From Nitrospirota bacterium (GTDB lineage: Bacteria > Nitrospirota > Nitrospiria > Nitrospirales > Nitrospiraceae), in the NCBI GenBank assembly GCA_963701855.1, contig CAVPBK010000006.1:768001-832000 (forward strand): a stretch of DNA of 64,000 nucleotides. Reading direction: 5' to 3'. Below the pieces are notes generated by a model. That model worked only from the letters and a program-made list of their open reading frames with translations, ran no database searches and was not told the origin of the DNA. The translations under genes were made by a program, and so were the position numbers. Below, piece after piece: positions 50,650-60,193 of the stretch. Each line of letters opens with the position of its first letter. The stretch's first letter is position 1.

Positions 50650-52364
50650 TGATCGCTCCGTGAGGCGTCAGGCGCGGAAAGCGAAACGTCACCAGGGAGC
50701 GCGGCCAAGTTCTGCGGGGAAGAATCAACCCTCGCTTCACGTTTCACGTCTAACGTTTCACGTTCTTGCGAGGCCACCGGCACGACGCGGGTGATCTTTG
50801 CAATCAAGGGATCGACGCCAGACCGCACCACATTGTAGAGGTGCATGGGGAAAAAAAAGAACCCGATGCTGACGGTAATCATGATCAAGAGCGGAAGACG
50901 ATCGGCGACGGAGACTGCGTCATGTGCATGACTGTACTTCTGGTCCATGGGTCCATAGAAAAGTCCGCGCATCATCTTGAATAAATAGGCCAGGGTCAAG
51001 ACGATGCCGACCACCGCCACGATGACTTGGAACGGATACTTGTTCCAACTGCCGACGATGATCATCACTTCGGCGATAAAATTCACGGTGCCAGGCACGC
51101 CGATTGAGGCCATACAAGCCACCACAAAACAGCCTGAGATGAACGGCATGCGATTCGAAAGCCCGCCGAGCGAGGGGATATCGCGGGTGTGCGTCTGATC
51201 GTATACCCACCCGGCCATGGCAAAGAGCATGCCCGTGGCCATGGCGTGGGCGAACATATACATCACCGCCCCAGTCAAGCTGATGTAGTCCAGGGCGGCC
51301 ATGCCTAGGAAAACATAACCCATGTGACTGGAACTGGAATATCCAATCACATACTTCGTGTCTTTGGCGTAGAACGCCACGAACCCGCCGTACACGATAC
51401 TGAACATGCAGAGCACGGCCGCGATGGGCATGAGTTCTCTGGTGGTCTCCGGCAAAATCTCAAAGGCCACCCGGATAATGGAAAAATGGCCGAGCTTCAT
51501 CAGCACTCCCGCGTGCAACATGCTTGTGGCGGCCGGCGCGGCTGCGTGGCCCACTGGAGACCAAGAGTGCAGCGGCCATAACGGTGCAATCGAGGCAAAG
51601 CCGAAGAAGATCAGGATCCAAATGATCTTGTCCAGCGTCGTGCCTAAGACCGGGATGTTCATCAACTTGGCCTGCTCACGCAGAACTAGAATGTCGAAGG
51701 TATTGAGCCCTGCGTACTTGTAGATCAGCAAGATGCCCATCAGCGCCGCGACGGCAAAGGCCGAGAGGAAGAGCACCAGTTTCATCGCGGCGTACTCTTT
51801 ACTGTTGGACCCGAAGTTGAGGATGAACCCGACCGAATCCCGCAGTTTGAGGCCTTCCGGATCCGTCATCTCGTTGTATGTTTTTGTGTGGCTTCCCCAC
51901 ATACCCAACAGGAGATACATGGGGATCACGGACATTTCGTAGAAGAAAAAGAGAAAGAATAGATCCAACGACATGAAGACGCCGATCGTAGCGGCGGCGA
52001 GGATGAGCAGCCAGATATAGAATTCTTTCGTCCGATCCTTGATATGCCAGGAGACAAAAATGCCCGCGAACAACAAGATGCCCGATGCCAGCACCAGCGG
52101 GGTGCCGATCCCATCCACTCCGAGGTGGAGTGAGATGCCTAGTTGGCGGGACCATTCAAATCGCTGGACGAACTGGAAGCCTCCCTTCACGTAATCGTAG
52201 GCGTAGAACAAATAGAGTGAAGCAAGCAATGAGACAAGCGCTGATCCTGCCGCGATCCCACGCACAAGCATCATTTGGCGGTTGGAAACGAAGATCAGCG
52301 CGATGGCCCCCACGAAGGGGGCAAACAGGATGTAGAGCAGCGCGTAATCGGCCATACGATTCAA
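50646..52364 (-). CDS. nuoM: NADH-quinone oxidoreductase subunit M (second copy)
   Basis: LGVDG, FFYE..VIP, PLWPLHSW.P, YSSSSHMG, HA; loop insertion and C-terminal extension. Confidence 0.93.
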   Translation of the reverse strand: MNRMADYALLYILFAPFVGAIALIFVSNRQMMLVRGIAAGSALVSLLASLYLFYAYDYVKGGFQFVQRFEWSRQLGISLHLGVDGIGTPLVLASGILLFAGIFVSWHIKDRTKEFYIWLLILAAATIGVFMSLDLFFLFFFYEMSVIPMYLLLGMWGSHTKTYNEMTDPEGLKLRDSVGFILNFGSNSKEYAAMKLVLFLSAFAVAALMGILLIYKYAGLNTFDILVLREQAKLMNIPVLGTTLDKIIWILIFFGFASIAPLWPLHSWSPVGHAAAPAATSMLHAGVLMKLGHFSIIRVAFEILPETTRELMPIAAVLCMFSIVYGGFVAFYAKDTKYVIGYSSSSHMGYVFLGMAALDYISLTGAVMYMFAHAMATGMLFAMAGWVYDQTHTRDIPSLGGLSNRMPFISGCFVVACMASIGVPGTVNFIAEVMIIVGSWNKYPFQVIVAVVGIVLTLAYLFKMMRGLFYGPMDQKYSHAHDAVSVADRLPLLIMITVSIGFFFFPMHLYNVVRSGVDPLIAKITRVVPVASQERETLDVKREARVDSSPQNLAALPGDVSLSAPDASRSDQ

Positions 52365-53920
52365 TCCACCCTTACCGGCTGTTTGGGCTCGATCGACGCC
52401 ACGGTCCCCCGGTCCAGTCGATCGACTAACGCCTGCACCGACCCGTTCATCATTCTCAAGAAAGGAGCGGGATAGAGGCCAATCCAGAGGATCATCACCG
52501 ACAAGGAAGCTGCAATGAGCATTTCACGGGGATGCAGATCGCTGATGGAGTCCTTGACGGCTTTGCCAAGCGGCCCCAACATCGACCGCTCGTAGTACCA
52601 GAGAAAATAGGCTGCACTAAAGATGACGCCAGTGACAGCAATCCCACCATACAGCCAATTGGCCTTGAAGGTTCCCAAGAGGATGAGGAATTCACCGACG
52701 AAACCGTTGGTGCCCGGCAAGCCGATCGATGCCAGCCCGATGAATAAAAAAAAGCTTGCGAGCACGGGGGTCTGTTTGGCCATGCCGCCGAATGAGCCCA
52801 GTTGGGTGCTCTGCTGCCGTGAGTAGAGAAAACCCGCGATAAAGAACAATCCCGCGGTGCTGAACCCCAAGTTGATCATGGTGAGCAAGCTGCCTTGAAG
52901 ACCCTGATAGTTAAGAGCGAAAAGGCCGATCACCACAAACCCGAGGTGACTGATGCTGCTGAATGCGAGAAGCCGGCGAAAATCTTGCTGGACCAGCGCC
53001 ATGATGGCCCCATAGAGAATCGCCGCCAATCCCAGCGCCATGATAATCGAAACGACAGTCTGGCTTTTCGATGCGTCGGGAAGCAACGGAATGCTAAACC
53101 GGATGAAGCCGAATGTTCCAAGCTTCAGCCCAGCCAGTACCACCGCCATGCCGATCGGACCTTCGAGAAGGGCGTCTGGAAGCCAGGTGTGGAAGGGGAA
53201 CACCGGAGCCTTGAACGCGAAGCCGAGGAACAGCAGCCAGAAAATGAGGATTTGTTGGCTGAGCGGGATCGGAACGGAAAGCAGTTCCAATAAGTCAAAC
53301 GAGTAGGTCTGCTCCATATGGCGTAACGTCGCCCACTGGTGATAATTGATGTCCAGGAGGGCAATGCCCACCAACATAAAGACACTGCCAAGCAAGGTAT
53401 AGAGCACAAATTTCAGCGCAGCATAGTGCCGCTCCGCTCCTCCACCCCAGAGCTTGATCAAAAAGTAACTGGGGATGAGCATGAGTTCCCAAAAGACGAA
53501 GAAGAGGATCAAGTCGATAGAGAGAAAGACCCCCATCGTGGTCGTCTCGAGGGCAAGAAGCGCCATCATATAAAGCTTCACTTGATGGCGGATGGTATCC
53601 CAGGAATAGATGATGATGAGGACCCCGAGGAATGCGGTGAGTCCAACGAAGAGGACGCTGATCCCATCAACTGCAAGGTGGTAACTGACCCCAAGGGCGG
53701 GAATCCACGGCACATGTTCGGAGAACTGCATGGCAGCCGATTCGGGAATGAATCGTAAAAGCACGAATACAGAGAGGGCCAACTCCAGGAGCGCGATCGT
53801 TAAGGCGGAAGTACGGACCATGTCCTCGTCGTCGAACAGCCACAGGACGACGGCCCCAATGACGGGGAGAAAAAGAATACAGGTGAGAATCGGAAACGTT
53901 GACGCCAGTTCCTCTAACAT
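52361..53920 (-). CDS. nuoM: NADH-quinone oxidoreductase subunit M (first copy)
   Basis: AVDGIS, FWELMLIP, FKAPVFPFHTWLPD, SSISHLG, GLPGTNGFVGE. Confidence 0.96.
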   Translation of the reverse strand: MLEELASTFPILTCILFLPVIGAVVLWLFDDEDMVRTSALTIALLELALSVFVLLRFIPESAAMQFSEHVPWIPALGVSYHLAVDGISVLFVGLTAFLGVLIIIYSWDTIRHQVKLYMMALLALETTTMGVFLSIDLILFFVFWELMLIPSYFLIKLWGGGAERHYAALKFVLYTLLGSVFMLVGIALLDINYHQWATLRHMEQTYSFDLLELLSVPIPLSQQILIFWLLFLGFAFKAPVFPFHTWLPDALLEGPIGMAVVLAGLKLGTFGFIRFSIPLLPDASKSQTVVSIIMALGLAAILYGAIMALVQQDFRRLLAFSSISHLGFVVIGLFALNYQGLQGSLLTMINLGFSTAGLFFIAGFLYSRQQSTQLGSFGGMAKQTPVLASFFLFIGLASIGLPGTNGFVGEFLILLGTFKANWLYGGIAVTGVIFSAAYFLWYYERSMLGPLGKAVKDSISDLHPREMLIAASLSVMILWIGLYPAPFLRMMNGSVQALVDRLDRGTVASIEPKQPVRVD

Positions 53921-53929
53921 CGCAGTGCT

Positions 53930-55894
53930 TTACAGTTGCATGATGAGCTGAATAACGACCGCCAGCAGAAAAAGCCCGGCCACTATGATGGCGGCATAAT
54001 GATGCACCATCCCGCTCTGCAGTCGCCGCCATTGGCGGGCTGCGAGATGGTTGCCGTATCCGATCACATTGAGGCCGCCGTAGATCACGTATTTCTCCGC
54101 CCACGTCGAACCAGCCGCGGCCAATCCGGCCAGCTGCGCGACGCCGTGCACGAGGCCGTCGATCACAATGCGATCAAACCAGTCGAACACAAATCCCAGC
54201 TTCTTGGCCGGCTCCACCCATAACAGATCATAGAGTTCATCGACATAGTACTTGTTGAGCAAGATCCTGTAGCCCGCCTGAAATTGTGCGGCCAGGCGGT
54301 CCGGCGCCGAAAGATTTACGCTATAAAAATAGTGCGCGAGGCCCCAGCCCAGCAACGCAATCCCTGTGGCAACCATCATAAGCATGAGCACGAGCCCGGT
54401 GCTCACGTCATGCTCCCCTCCCGTGCCCGCAACCGGTGCAAGAAATTGATGGAGCCAGCCCTGTTCAGGGGGAAAGCCCAGAAATCCACCAAGAATAGAC
54501 AGCACACCTAACACCATAAGCGGACCGACCATCACCATAGGAGACTCATGGACATGTTCCTCCGTATGATGGTCCATGCGAGATGCCCCATAAAATGTCA
54601 GATAGATCAGGCGGAACATGTAGAAAGAAGTCAAGAGTGCGCCGACGGCAGCCATTCCGTAGAGCAGATAGTGGTGATGCGTGAAAGCATGGGCCAGGAT
54701 TTCATCTTTGCTCCAGAAGCCTGCCAACGGCGGAATGCCTGCAATGGCGATCGTGCCGACCAGAAACAGTCGATAGGTCCAAGGGATTTTTTGGCTGAGG
54801 CCACCCATCTTTCGAATGTCTTGCTCGCCCGAGAGCGCGTGGATCACCGATCCGGCGGTGAGGAACAAGAGGGCCTTGAAGAAGGCATGGGTCATGAGGT
54901 GGAAGATGGCAGCCGTATAGGCTCCAATCCCGCACCCGAGAAACATGTACCCAAGCTGGCTCACGGTCGAATAGGCCAGAACTCGCTTAATGTCCGTTTG
55001 CACGAGGCCGATGGTGGCGGCAAACAAGGCTGTGAGTCCGCCGATGACGCCAACGATCGTCATGGCCATCGGCGACAAATCGAAAATGGCATGGTTCCGT
55101 ACGATCATGTAGACCCCGGCTGTCACCATCGTTGCCGCATGGATCAATGCGCTGACGGGTGTCGGACCTTCCATTGCATCCGGGAGCCAAGTGTAGAGAG
55201 GAAGTTGAGCCGATTTGCCGACTGCTCCGACAAGGAGACAGAGTGCAATCGCGGTGGCCATCTCCGGCGAGAGCTGGCCGATTTGGGAAAAGACTTTTGT
55301 ATAATCGAGCGTCTTGAAATTGACAAAGATGAGAAAGATGGCCAGAAGGAATCCCGCGTCCCCGATGCGGTTCACCACAAAGGCTTTCGAGGCAGCCTTT
55401 GCAGCGGAGACCTTGTCGTAGTAGTAGCCGATCAACAGATAGGAACAGAGTCCCACCCCTTCCCAGCCGATGAAGAGCACCACATAGTTGTTCCCCATGA
55501 CGAGGAGCAGCATAGAGACCATGAAGAGGTTCATGTAGGTGAAGAATCGCGTGAATCCACTTTCCCCATGCATATAGCCGACGGAATAAACGTGGATCAG
55601 GAGCCCAACCCCCGTGACAACGAGCAGCATCATGCATGTGAGAGGATCAACAAGGTATGCGAGATTGACGGTGAGGTCACCGCCGAAAATCCATTGATAG
55701 ACAATGACTTCATGGGGCGCGCCGGTCTGTAGGATGTCTACAAACACGCCGATTGTGCAGAGAAACGACAAACCCACCGATCCCCAAGCAAGCCGGTGCG
55801 CGACATCGTGGGAATACCGCCTGCCGAAGAACCCGTTCAGGATCACGGCCAGTAAGGGAAACAGCGGAATGAGCTTGATGAGCAGATCCGTCAC
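53930..55894 (-). CDS. nuoL: NADH-quinone oxidoreductase subunit L with lengthened C-terminal helix
   Basis: GKSAQLPLYTWLPDAMEGPTPVSALIHAATMV; HAFFKALLF. Confidence 0.97.
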   Translation of the reverse strand: MTDLLIKLIPLFPLLAVILNGFFGRRYSHDVAHRLAWGSVGLSFLCTIGVFVDILQTGAPHEVIVYQWIFGGDLTVNLAYLVDPLTCMMLLVVTGVGLLIHVYSVGYMHGESGFTRFFTYMNLFMVSMLLLVMGNNYVVLFIGWEGVGLCSYLLIGYYYDKVSAAKAASKAFVVNRIGDAGFLLAIFLIFVNFKTLDYTKVFSQIGQLSPEMATAIALCLLVGAVGKSAQLPLYTWLPDAMEGPTPVSALIHAATMVTAGVYMIVRNHAIFDLSPMAMTIVGVIGGLTALFAATIGLVQTDIKRVLAYSTVSQLGYMFLGCGIGAYTAAIFHLMTHAFFKALLFLTAGSVIHALSGEQDIRKMGGLSQKIPWTYRLFLVGTIAIAGIPPLAGFWSKDEILAHAFTHHHYLLYGMAAVGALLTSFYMFRLIYLTFYGASRMDHHTEEHVHESPMVMVGPLMVLGVLSILGGFLGFPPEQGWLHQFLAPVAGTGGEHDVSTGLVLMLMMVATGIALLGWGLAHYFYSVNLSAPDRLAAQFQAGYRILLNKYYVDELYDLLWVEPAKKLGFVFDWFDRIVIDGLVHGVAQLAGLAAAGSTWAEKYVIYGGLNVIGYGNHLAARQWRRLQSGMVHHYAAIIVAGLFLLAVVIQLIMQL

Positions 55895-55895
55895 G

Positions 55896-56198
55896 TTACC
55901 ACTTTAAGAAGTTCATCTCGTCCACGTTCGTGGAGATCTTTCCACGGAACACGACGATGATGATGGCCAGCCCGATCGCCGCTTCCCCGGCAGCAATGGC
56001 GATGATAAAGAGTGCCACCAGTTGACCCGCCATAGATTCCAGGTAATGGGAGAAGGCAACGAAGTTAATGTTCGCCGCGTTCAACATGATCTCGACAGAC
56101 ATGAGCACGATGATGAAGTTCCGCCTGATCAATACGCCGAGCAGGCCGGTGATAAAGAGCACGGCGCTGACGGCGACATATGCGCTGAGTGGAATCAT
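55896..56198 (-). CDS. nuoK: NADH-quinone oxidoreductase subunit K
   Basis: RRN...SVEIMLNA; AAGEAAIGLAI. Confidence 0.97.
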   Translation of the reverse strand: MIPLSAYVAVSAVLFITGLLGVLIRRNFIIVLMSVEIMLNAANINFVAFSHYLESMAGQLVALFIIAIAAGEAAIGLAIIIVVFRGKISTNVDEMNFLKW

Positions 56199-56205
56199 AG
56201 TGACC

Positions 56206-56297
56206 CGTGAGGCGTGAGGCGTGAGACGTGAGGCGCACGAACCCTTGTCTTTTCTGTTGTCGTTCGTCCCTTCACGCCTAACCCCTTACGCCTTACG
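56206..56297. repeat. Palindromic 7-mer tandem repeat between nuoJ and nuoK
   Basis: (CGTGAGR)x4 ... CTTCACG-CCTAACC-CCTTACG-CCTTACG. Confidence 0.75.
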
Positions 56298-56810
56298 TTC
56301 TTTGTTGGACGGTTTCGGCGTTTTTGCGAGCACGATCGCTCCAATGACGGCTCCCAGCAAGAACACCCCGACGATCTCGAACTGCAACAGATACTCGCTG
56401 AACATCTTGATCCCGACCGCGTGGGTACCCCCGGCCTCAAGTATCGCCTCGGTCGGCGCATCGCCCTTTGCGCCCCCGAATGGTGAGCGGACCAGGAGTG
56501 CCAGCACGTACAATGATCCGATGGCTGCTGGCCCCAGAAAGTACAGGTAGGAGGAGTGGAAATACCGGTCGTCGGTTTTCAAGTTCATGAGCATCAGTAC
56601 GAAGAGATACAAGACGAGGATCGCACCGGCATAGACGATGATCTGCACGGCCCAGAGGAACTCGGCGTTGAGGAGAATGAAAAGTCCTGAAACATGGACC
56701 AATAAGGCAAGAAGCGCCAGACCACAATGCACCGGGTGCTTGAGCGCGACCGTCAAGACACCCGCAGCAATACTGGCCAATGCGAAATAGGCAAAAAAGA
56801 TCGAAACCAT
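56286..56810 (-). CDS. nuoJ: NADH-quinone oxidoreductase subunit J
   Basis: AEFL..VQIIVYAGAILVLYLFVLML; FE..GV.LL. Confidence 0.96.
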   Translation of the reverse strand: MVSIFFAYFALASIAAGVLTVALKHPVHCGLALLALLVHVSGLFILLNAEFLWAVQIIVYAGAILVLYLFVLMLMNLKTDDRYFHSSYLYFLGPAAIGSLYVLALLVRSPFGGAKGDAPTEAILEAGGTHAVGIKMFSEYLLQFEIVGVFLLGAVIGAIVLAKTPKPSNKERKA

Positions 56811-56817
56811 CGATTGC

Positions 56818-57405
56818 TTAGCTCAGATGCTTGGGTGGTGGTTGGGTCGACTTGAGTACCGATTGCGGGAAGTAGTACCGATATTCCCGGCTTTCCTCGA
56901 CGTTCTGTTCCTGGTTGTGCGCGTACAAGTATTTTTTTGCATCGTCGAGATGACGCTCACCGATTTCGTACAGCCGCTTCTTGTCGAACAGCAAGGTGCG
57001 CTTATCGTGGGTCGAGAACTCGTACATTTTCGTCATAGCCAGCGCATTAACGGGACAAGCCTCGACACAGTAGCCGCAAAAGACACATTTCGTAATGTCG
57101 ATATAAAACTCGCTGGCAAATCGCTGCAACGGACGCGCCGGATCTTCCAGGCTGATGACCTTGATGCAGCGGGACGGGCAGGCGGCTTCGCAGAGATCAC
57201 AGCCGACACAACGTTCCTGGTGATCGTCGTAGCGTAGGAGTGCGAGTGCTCCTCGGTGGGTGTCGGGAAGGGTTCGCTGCTCCCGTGGATACTGAAACGT
57301 CATGGGCTTATGGAACATGTGCTTGAACGTCACCTTCATGGCGTCCCAAATTTCATAGAACAAGGCGGCCTGGAGGATTTGCTTTGTTAGTGTGGCAACA
57401 CTCAT
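56818..57405 (-). CDS. nuoI: NADH-quinone oxidoreductase subunit I
   Basis: CVGCDLCEAACP and CVFCGYCVEACP. Confidence 0.97.
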   Translation of the reverse strand: MSVATLTKQILQAALFYEIWDAMKVTFKHMFHKPMTFQYPREQRTLPDTHRGALALLRYDDHQERCVGCDLCEAACPSRCIKVISLEDPARPLQRFASEFYIDITKCVFCGYCVEACPVNALAMTKMYEFSTHDKRTLLFDKKRLYEIGERHLDDAKKYLYAHNQEQNVEESREYRYYFPQSVLKSTQPPPKHLS

Positions 57406-57425
57406 ATCCGTTACCCTGCTCCCTC

Positions 57426-60122
57426 TTATGCCTTTTCGATCGTCACGCGGGTCCGCTTAAACGAGGGAACTCCGGTCGTCGGATCGACCTGAACCGACAT
57501 CAAATCCTTCACAGGCGGCTCATTGAAATGCTCTGGGAAGAAGCAGGTCTGTGGCGCGACAGATTGATCAGGTTGCACCGCCAATTGCATTGAGCCGAGG
57601 TCCGACGTGAGGCGCACCGCCATCCCCTCACCCACTGCAAGTTGCTCCATATCTTGAGGATTCATTCTGAGCCGCCCGGTATTGGGGGCAATCGTGATGA
57701 GCCCTGGAGCTTCAGTGGACAGCTTGCCGGAATGATACAAGACCTGTCCCATCAACAACGCGAAGGGGCGACGGTTCTCGGAGTCTGATGGAGCAGGGGT
57801 TTGATAGCGTGCTGCCACATCGGTGGCGTAGCCGTTGGAGAGATAGCGGTCCACCATCGGCACAACCTTGCGCGGCTGTCCTAGGTTGTAATACCCGGGC
57901 AGCAACTTCATGATCTCGGCTTGAATATCGTTCGGAGATTCGTATTCCCATTGACAGCCCAGCGCGTTAGCCAAGGCCGTCATGATGTGCCAGTCCGGCA
58001 AACTTTCCCCGATGGGATCGATGGCCTCACGGACGCGCAGAACTCGGCCTTCCAAGTTGGTGAAGGTGCCGTCCTTTTCGGCAGAGGTACAAGCCGGCAA
58101 CACTGCATGCGCCATCCGCGCAGTCTCGGTCAGGAACGGATCCTGAACGACGAGCAATTCCAGTCGGTCCAGCGCGGCGCGGACTTCCATCGATGCAGGC
58201 AATGTGGCGAGCGGGTTTTCTCCGATGACATAGAGGGCGCGGATCTGGCCGCTCCTGCAGCGCTTGAGAATTTCGACGAGATTCGCGCCAGAGCCGGCCG
58301 CTGGGAGCGTGACGTCCCAGGCCTTGGCAAAGCGATCGCGAGCTGTCTGATCATTGAACGAAGCTTGGCCAGGAAGGAATTCCGGCGCGGCGCCCATATC
58401 CACGGCGCCTTGCTCGTTCGGCTCTTCTGTCACCGTATTCACCCCGCAGCCAGGTTGGCCCAACTTGCCTGTGACCCAGGCGAGGTCGATCAGTTTCAAG
58501 ACGTTCTGATACCCGTCTGGCTGGCGGACGATGCCTTCGGCGCAGAGAATGATGGCCCGAGACGCTTCCGCGAAGATCGCCGCAATATCTTTTAATGATT
58601 CGACCGACATGCCGGTCTGAACAGCCACCTGCTCTAACGAGATGTGGGCCACGGCGGCCTTCAAGGATTCGAAGGCTTGTGGATGTTTCTTGATGCTCTC
58701 TTCGTCGATCAAATCCAGCTCCAGGGTAGCCTTCACAAGTCCGTCGATCACGAGTCCCTCCGTTCCCGACTTGATCAGGACAGGATGGGACGCAAGCTTG
58801 GCCATGTTCGTGATTGCGGAATCGATGACGACTACTTGCGCTTTATAGACGCGAATAGCTTCTTTGATACGCACAGCCGTGAGCGGGTTTGTCTCCGAGA
58901 TATTAGAACCGATGAGTATCACTGCTTGGGCTTTTGTCAGGTCTTCCCAGTCGTTCGGGCTCCGTCCAATTCCCAAGGCGTGCCGAGAGGCATGGACGAA
59001 GTTGAGATGGCCGTAGCGCGCGCTGCTATCGAGATGGTTCGTCCTGAACCCTGCGCGCATGAGTTTCTGAAAGAGATACAGCTCTTCGTTGGTACAGCGG
59101 GCGGTGATCAGACCGGCAATCGCATCTGGTCCGTTCTTGCGTTGGATTTCTGAGAATCGATCCACCACCTGGTGCATGGTTTCGAGCCAGGGAGTTTCGA
59201 CGAGCTGATTACCTTTACGAAGGAGAGGCTGCTTCAGACGTGCGGCGCTATCGATGTACTCGAAGCCGAAACGCCCTCGCACACAGAGTCCACCGTGCCC
59301 CTTGGCCGTCTCGGCTCGGTCGCCCCATTTGTTCTTCCAGGACAGAGGCGAGGTCACACGGACGACTTCCGCGTCCTTAGTCTCAAGATACATCTGGCAG
59401 CCGTCCCCACAGTAGTTACAGGTTGTTGTGGTTTTTTTCATCTGCCACGGCTTGTATAAATATTTAGAGAACTTGTTCGTGATCGCGCCGACCGGGCAGA
59501 CGGCGAGGCAGTCTCCACAGAACTCGCAGGACAATGCAAGATCTCCCTTCGGCACCACTTGATTAAATCCGCCCTTCTTCATGAATTGGAGCGCGTCGAT
59601 CATCAACACGTCCTTACAAACGTTGATGCATTCCGCGCAGGCGATGCAGCGGTTCATATTGAAGTCGAGCACGGGACTGCGCGTATCTTCCGGAATAAAT
59701 TTCTGCTTCGCGTTAGCCAGATTCGTCACGCCATGCCGGAAGGCCATGTCTTGCAGTTCGCAGTGGCCGTCGGCGTCGCAGACCGGGCAGTCAAGCGGAT
59801 GGACCGAAAGATGTTTTTCCACTGCTTTCTTCCTGGCTTGAAAGAGTTCGTCTCCCTCGGTTTTGATAATCATGCCGGCTGCAGCTTTGGCGGTGCAGGA
59901 CCGGACAGGAGCTTTCTTGCCCTCCTGCATGACCAAACACATACCGCAGGAACCGAAGGGATCGAAGGTGTAGTGGTAACACATGGCCGGGATGATCTTG
60001 CCCGTGCTCGATATCACATCATAGAGCGAGACCCCGCTCTTTGCTGTCACAGACTTCCCATCGATCGACAGTTCGATCGTAACTGCTTCCACGTCGGGAT
60101 TGGTTGCTGGCTTCAAACCCAT
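57426..60122 (-). CDS. nuoG: NADH-quinone oxidoreductase subunit G-like (FdhA-like molybdopterin-family scaffold)
   Basis: 2Fe-2S (C..GSCGMC..C), HPLDCPVCD..GHCELQD, two ferredoxin motifs, CNYCGDGC; position within the nuo operon. Confidence 0.88.
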   Translation of the reverse strand: MGLKPATNPDVEAVTIELSIDGKSVTAKSGVSLYDVISSTGKIIPAMCYHYTFDPFGSCGMCLVMQEGKKAPVRSCTAKAAAGMIIKTEGDELFQARKKAVEKHLSVHPLDCPVCDADGHCELQDMAFRHGVTNLANAKQKFIPEDTRSPVLDFNMNRCIACAECINVCKDVLMIDALQFMKKGGFNQVVPKGDLALSCEFCGDCLAVCPVGAITNKFSKYLYKPWQMKKTTTTCNYCGDGCQMYLETKDAEVVRVTSPLSWKNKWGDRAETAKGHGGLCVRGRFGFEYIDSAARLKQPLLRKGNQLVETPWLETMHQVVDRFSEIQRKNGPDAIAGLITARCTNEELYLFQKLMRAGFRTNHLDSSARYGHLNFVHASRHALGIGRSPNDWEDLTKAQAVILIGSNISETNPLTAVRIKEAIRVYKAQVVVIDSAITNMAKLASHPVLIKSGTEGLVIDGLVKATLELDLIDEESIKKHPQAFESLKAAVAHISLEQVAVQTGMSVESLKDIAAIFAEASRAIILCAEGIVRQPDGYQNVLKLIDLAWVTGKLGQPGCGVNTVTEEPNEQGAVDMGAAPEFLPGQASFNDQTARDRFAKAWDVTLPAAGSGANLVEILKRCRSGQIRALYVIGENPLATLPASMEVRAALDRLELLVVQDPFLTETARMAHAVLPACTSAEKDGTFTNLEGRVLRVREAIDPIGESLPDWHIMTALANALGCQWEYESPNDIQAEIMKLLPGYYNLGQPRKVVPMVDRYLSNGYATDVAARYQTPAPSDSENRRPFALLMGQVLYHSGKLSTEAPGLITIAPNTGRLRMNPQDMEQLAVGEGMAVRLTSDLGSMQLAVQPDQSVAPQTCFFPEHFNEPPVKDLMSVQVDPTTGVPSFKRTRVTIEKA

Positions 60123-60193
60123 GTTGTTTCCTCGTGAAAAGTGAAACGAAATCGCCGCTCTACCATTTACTTTTCACATCGTCCACTCCGCGT

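Noticed and set aside
57426..60122. Active formate dehydrogenase alpha subunit
   Set aside because: The catalytic Cys/Sec is absent (SSARYGH), there is no in-frame TGA, and the gene lies within the nuo operon.
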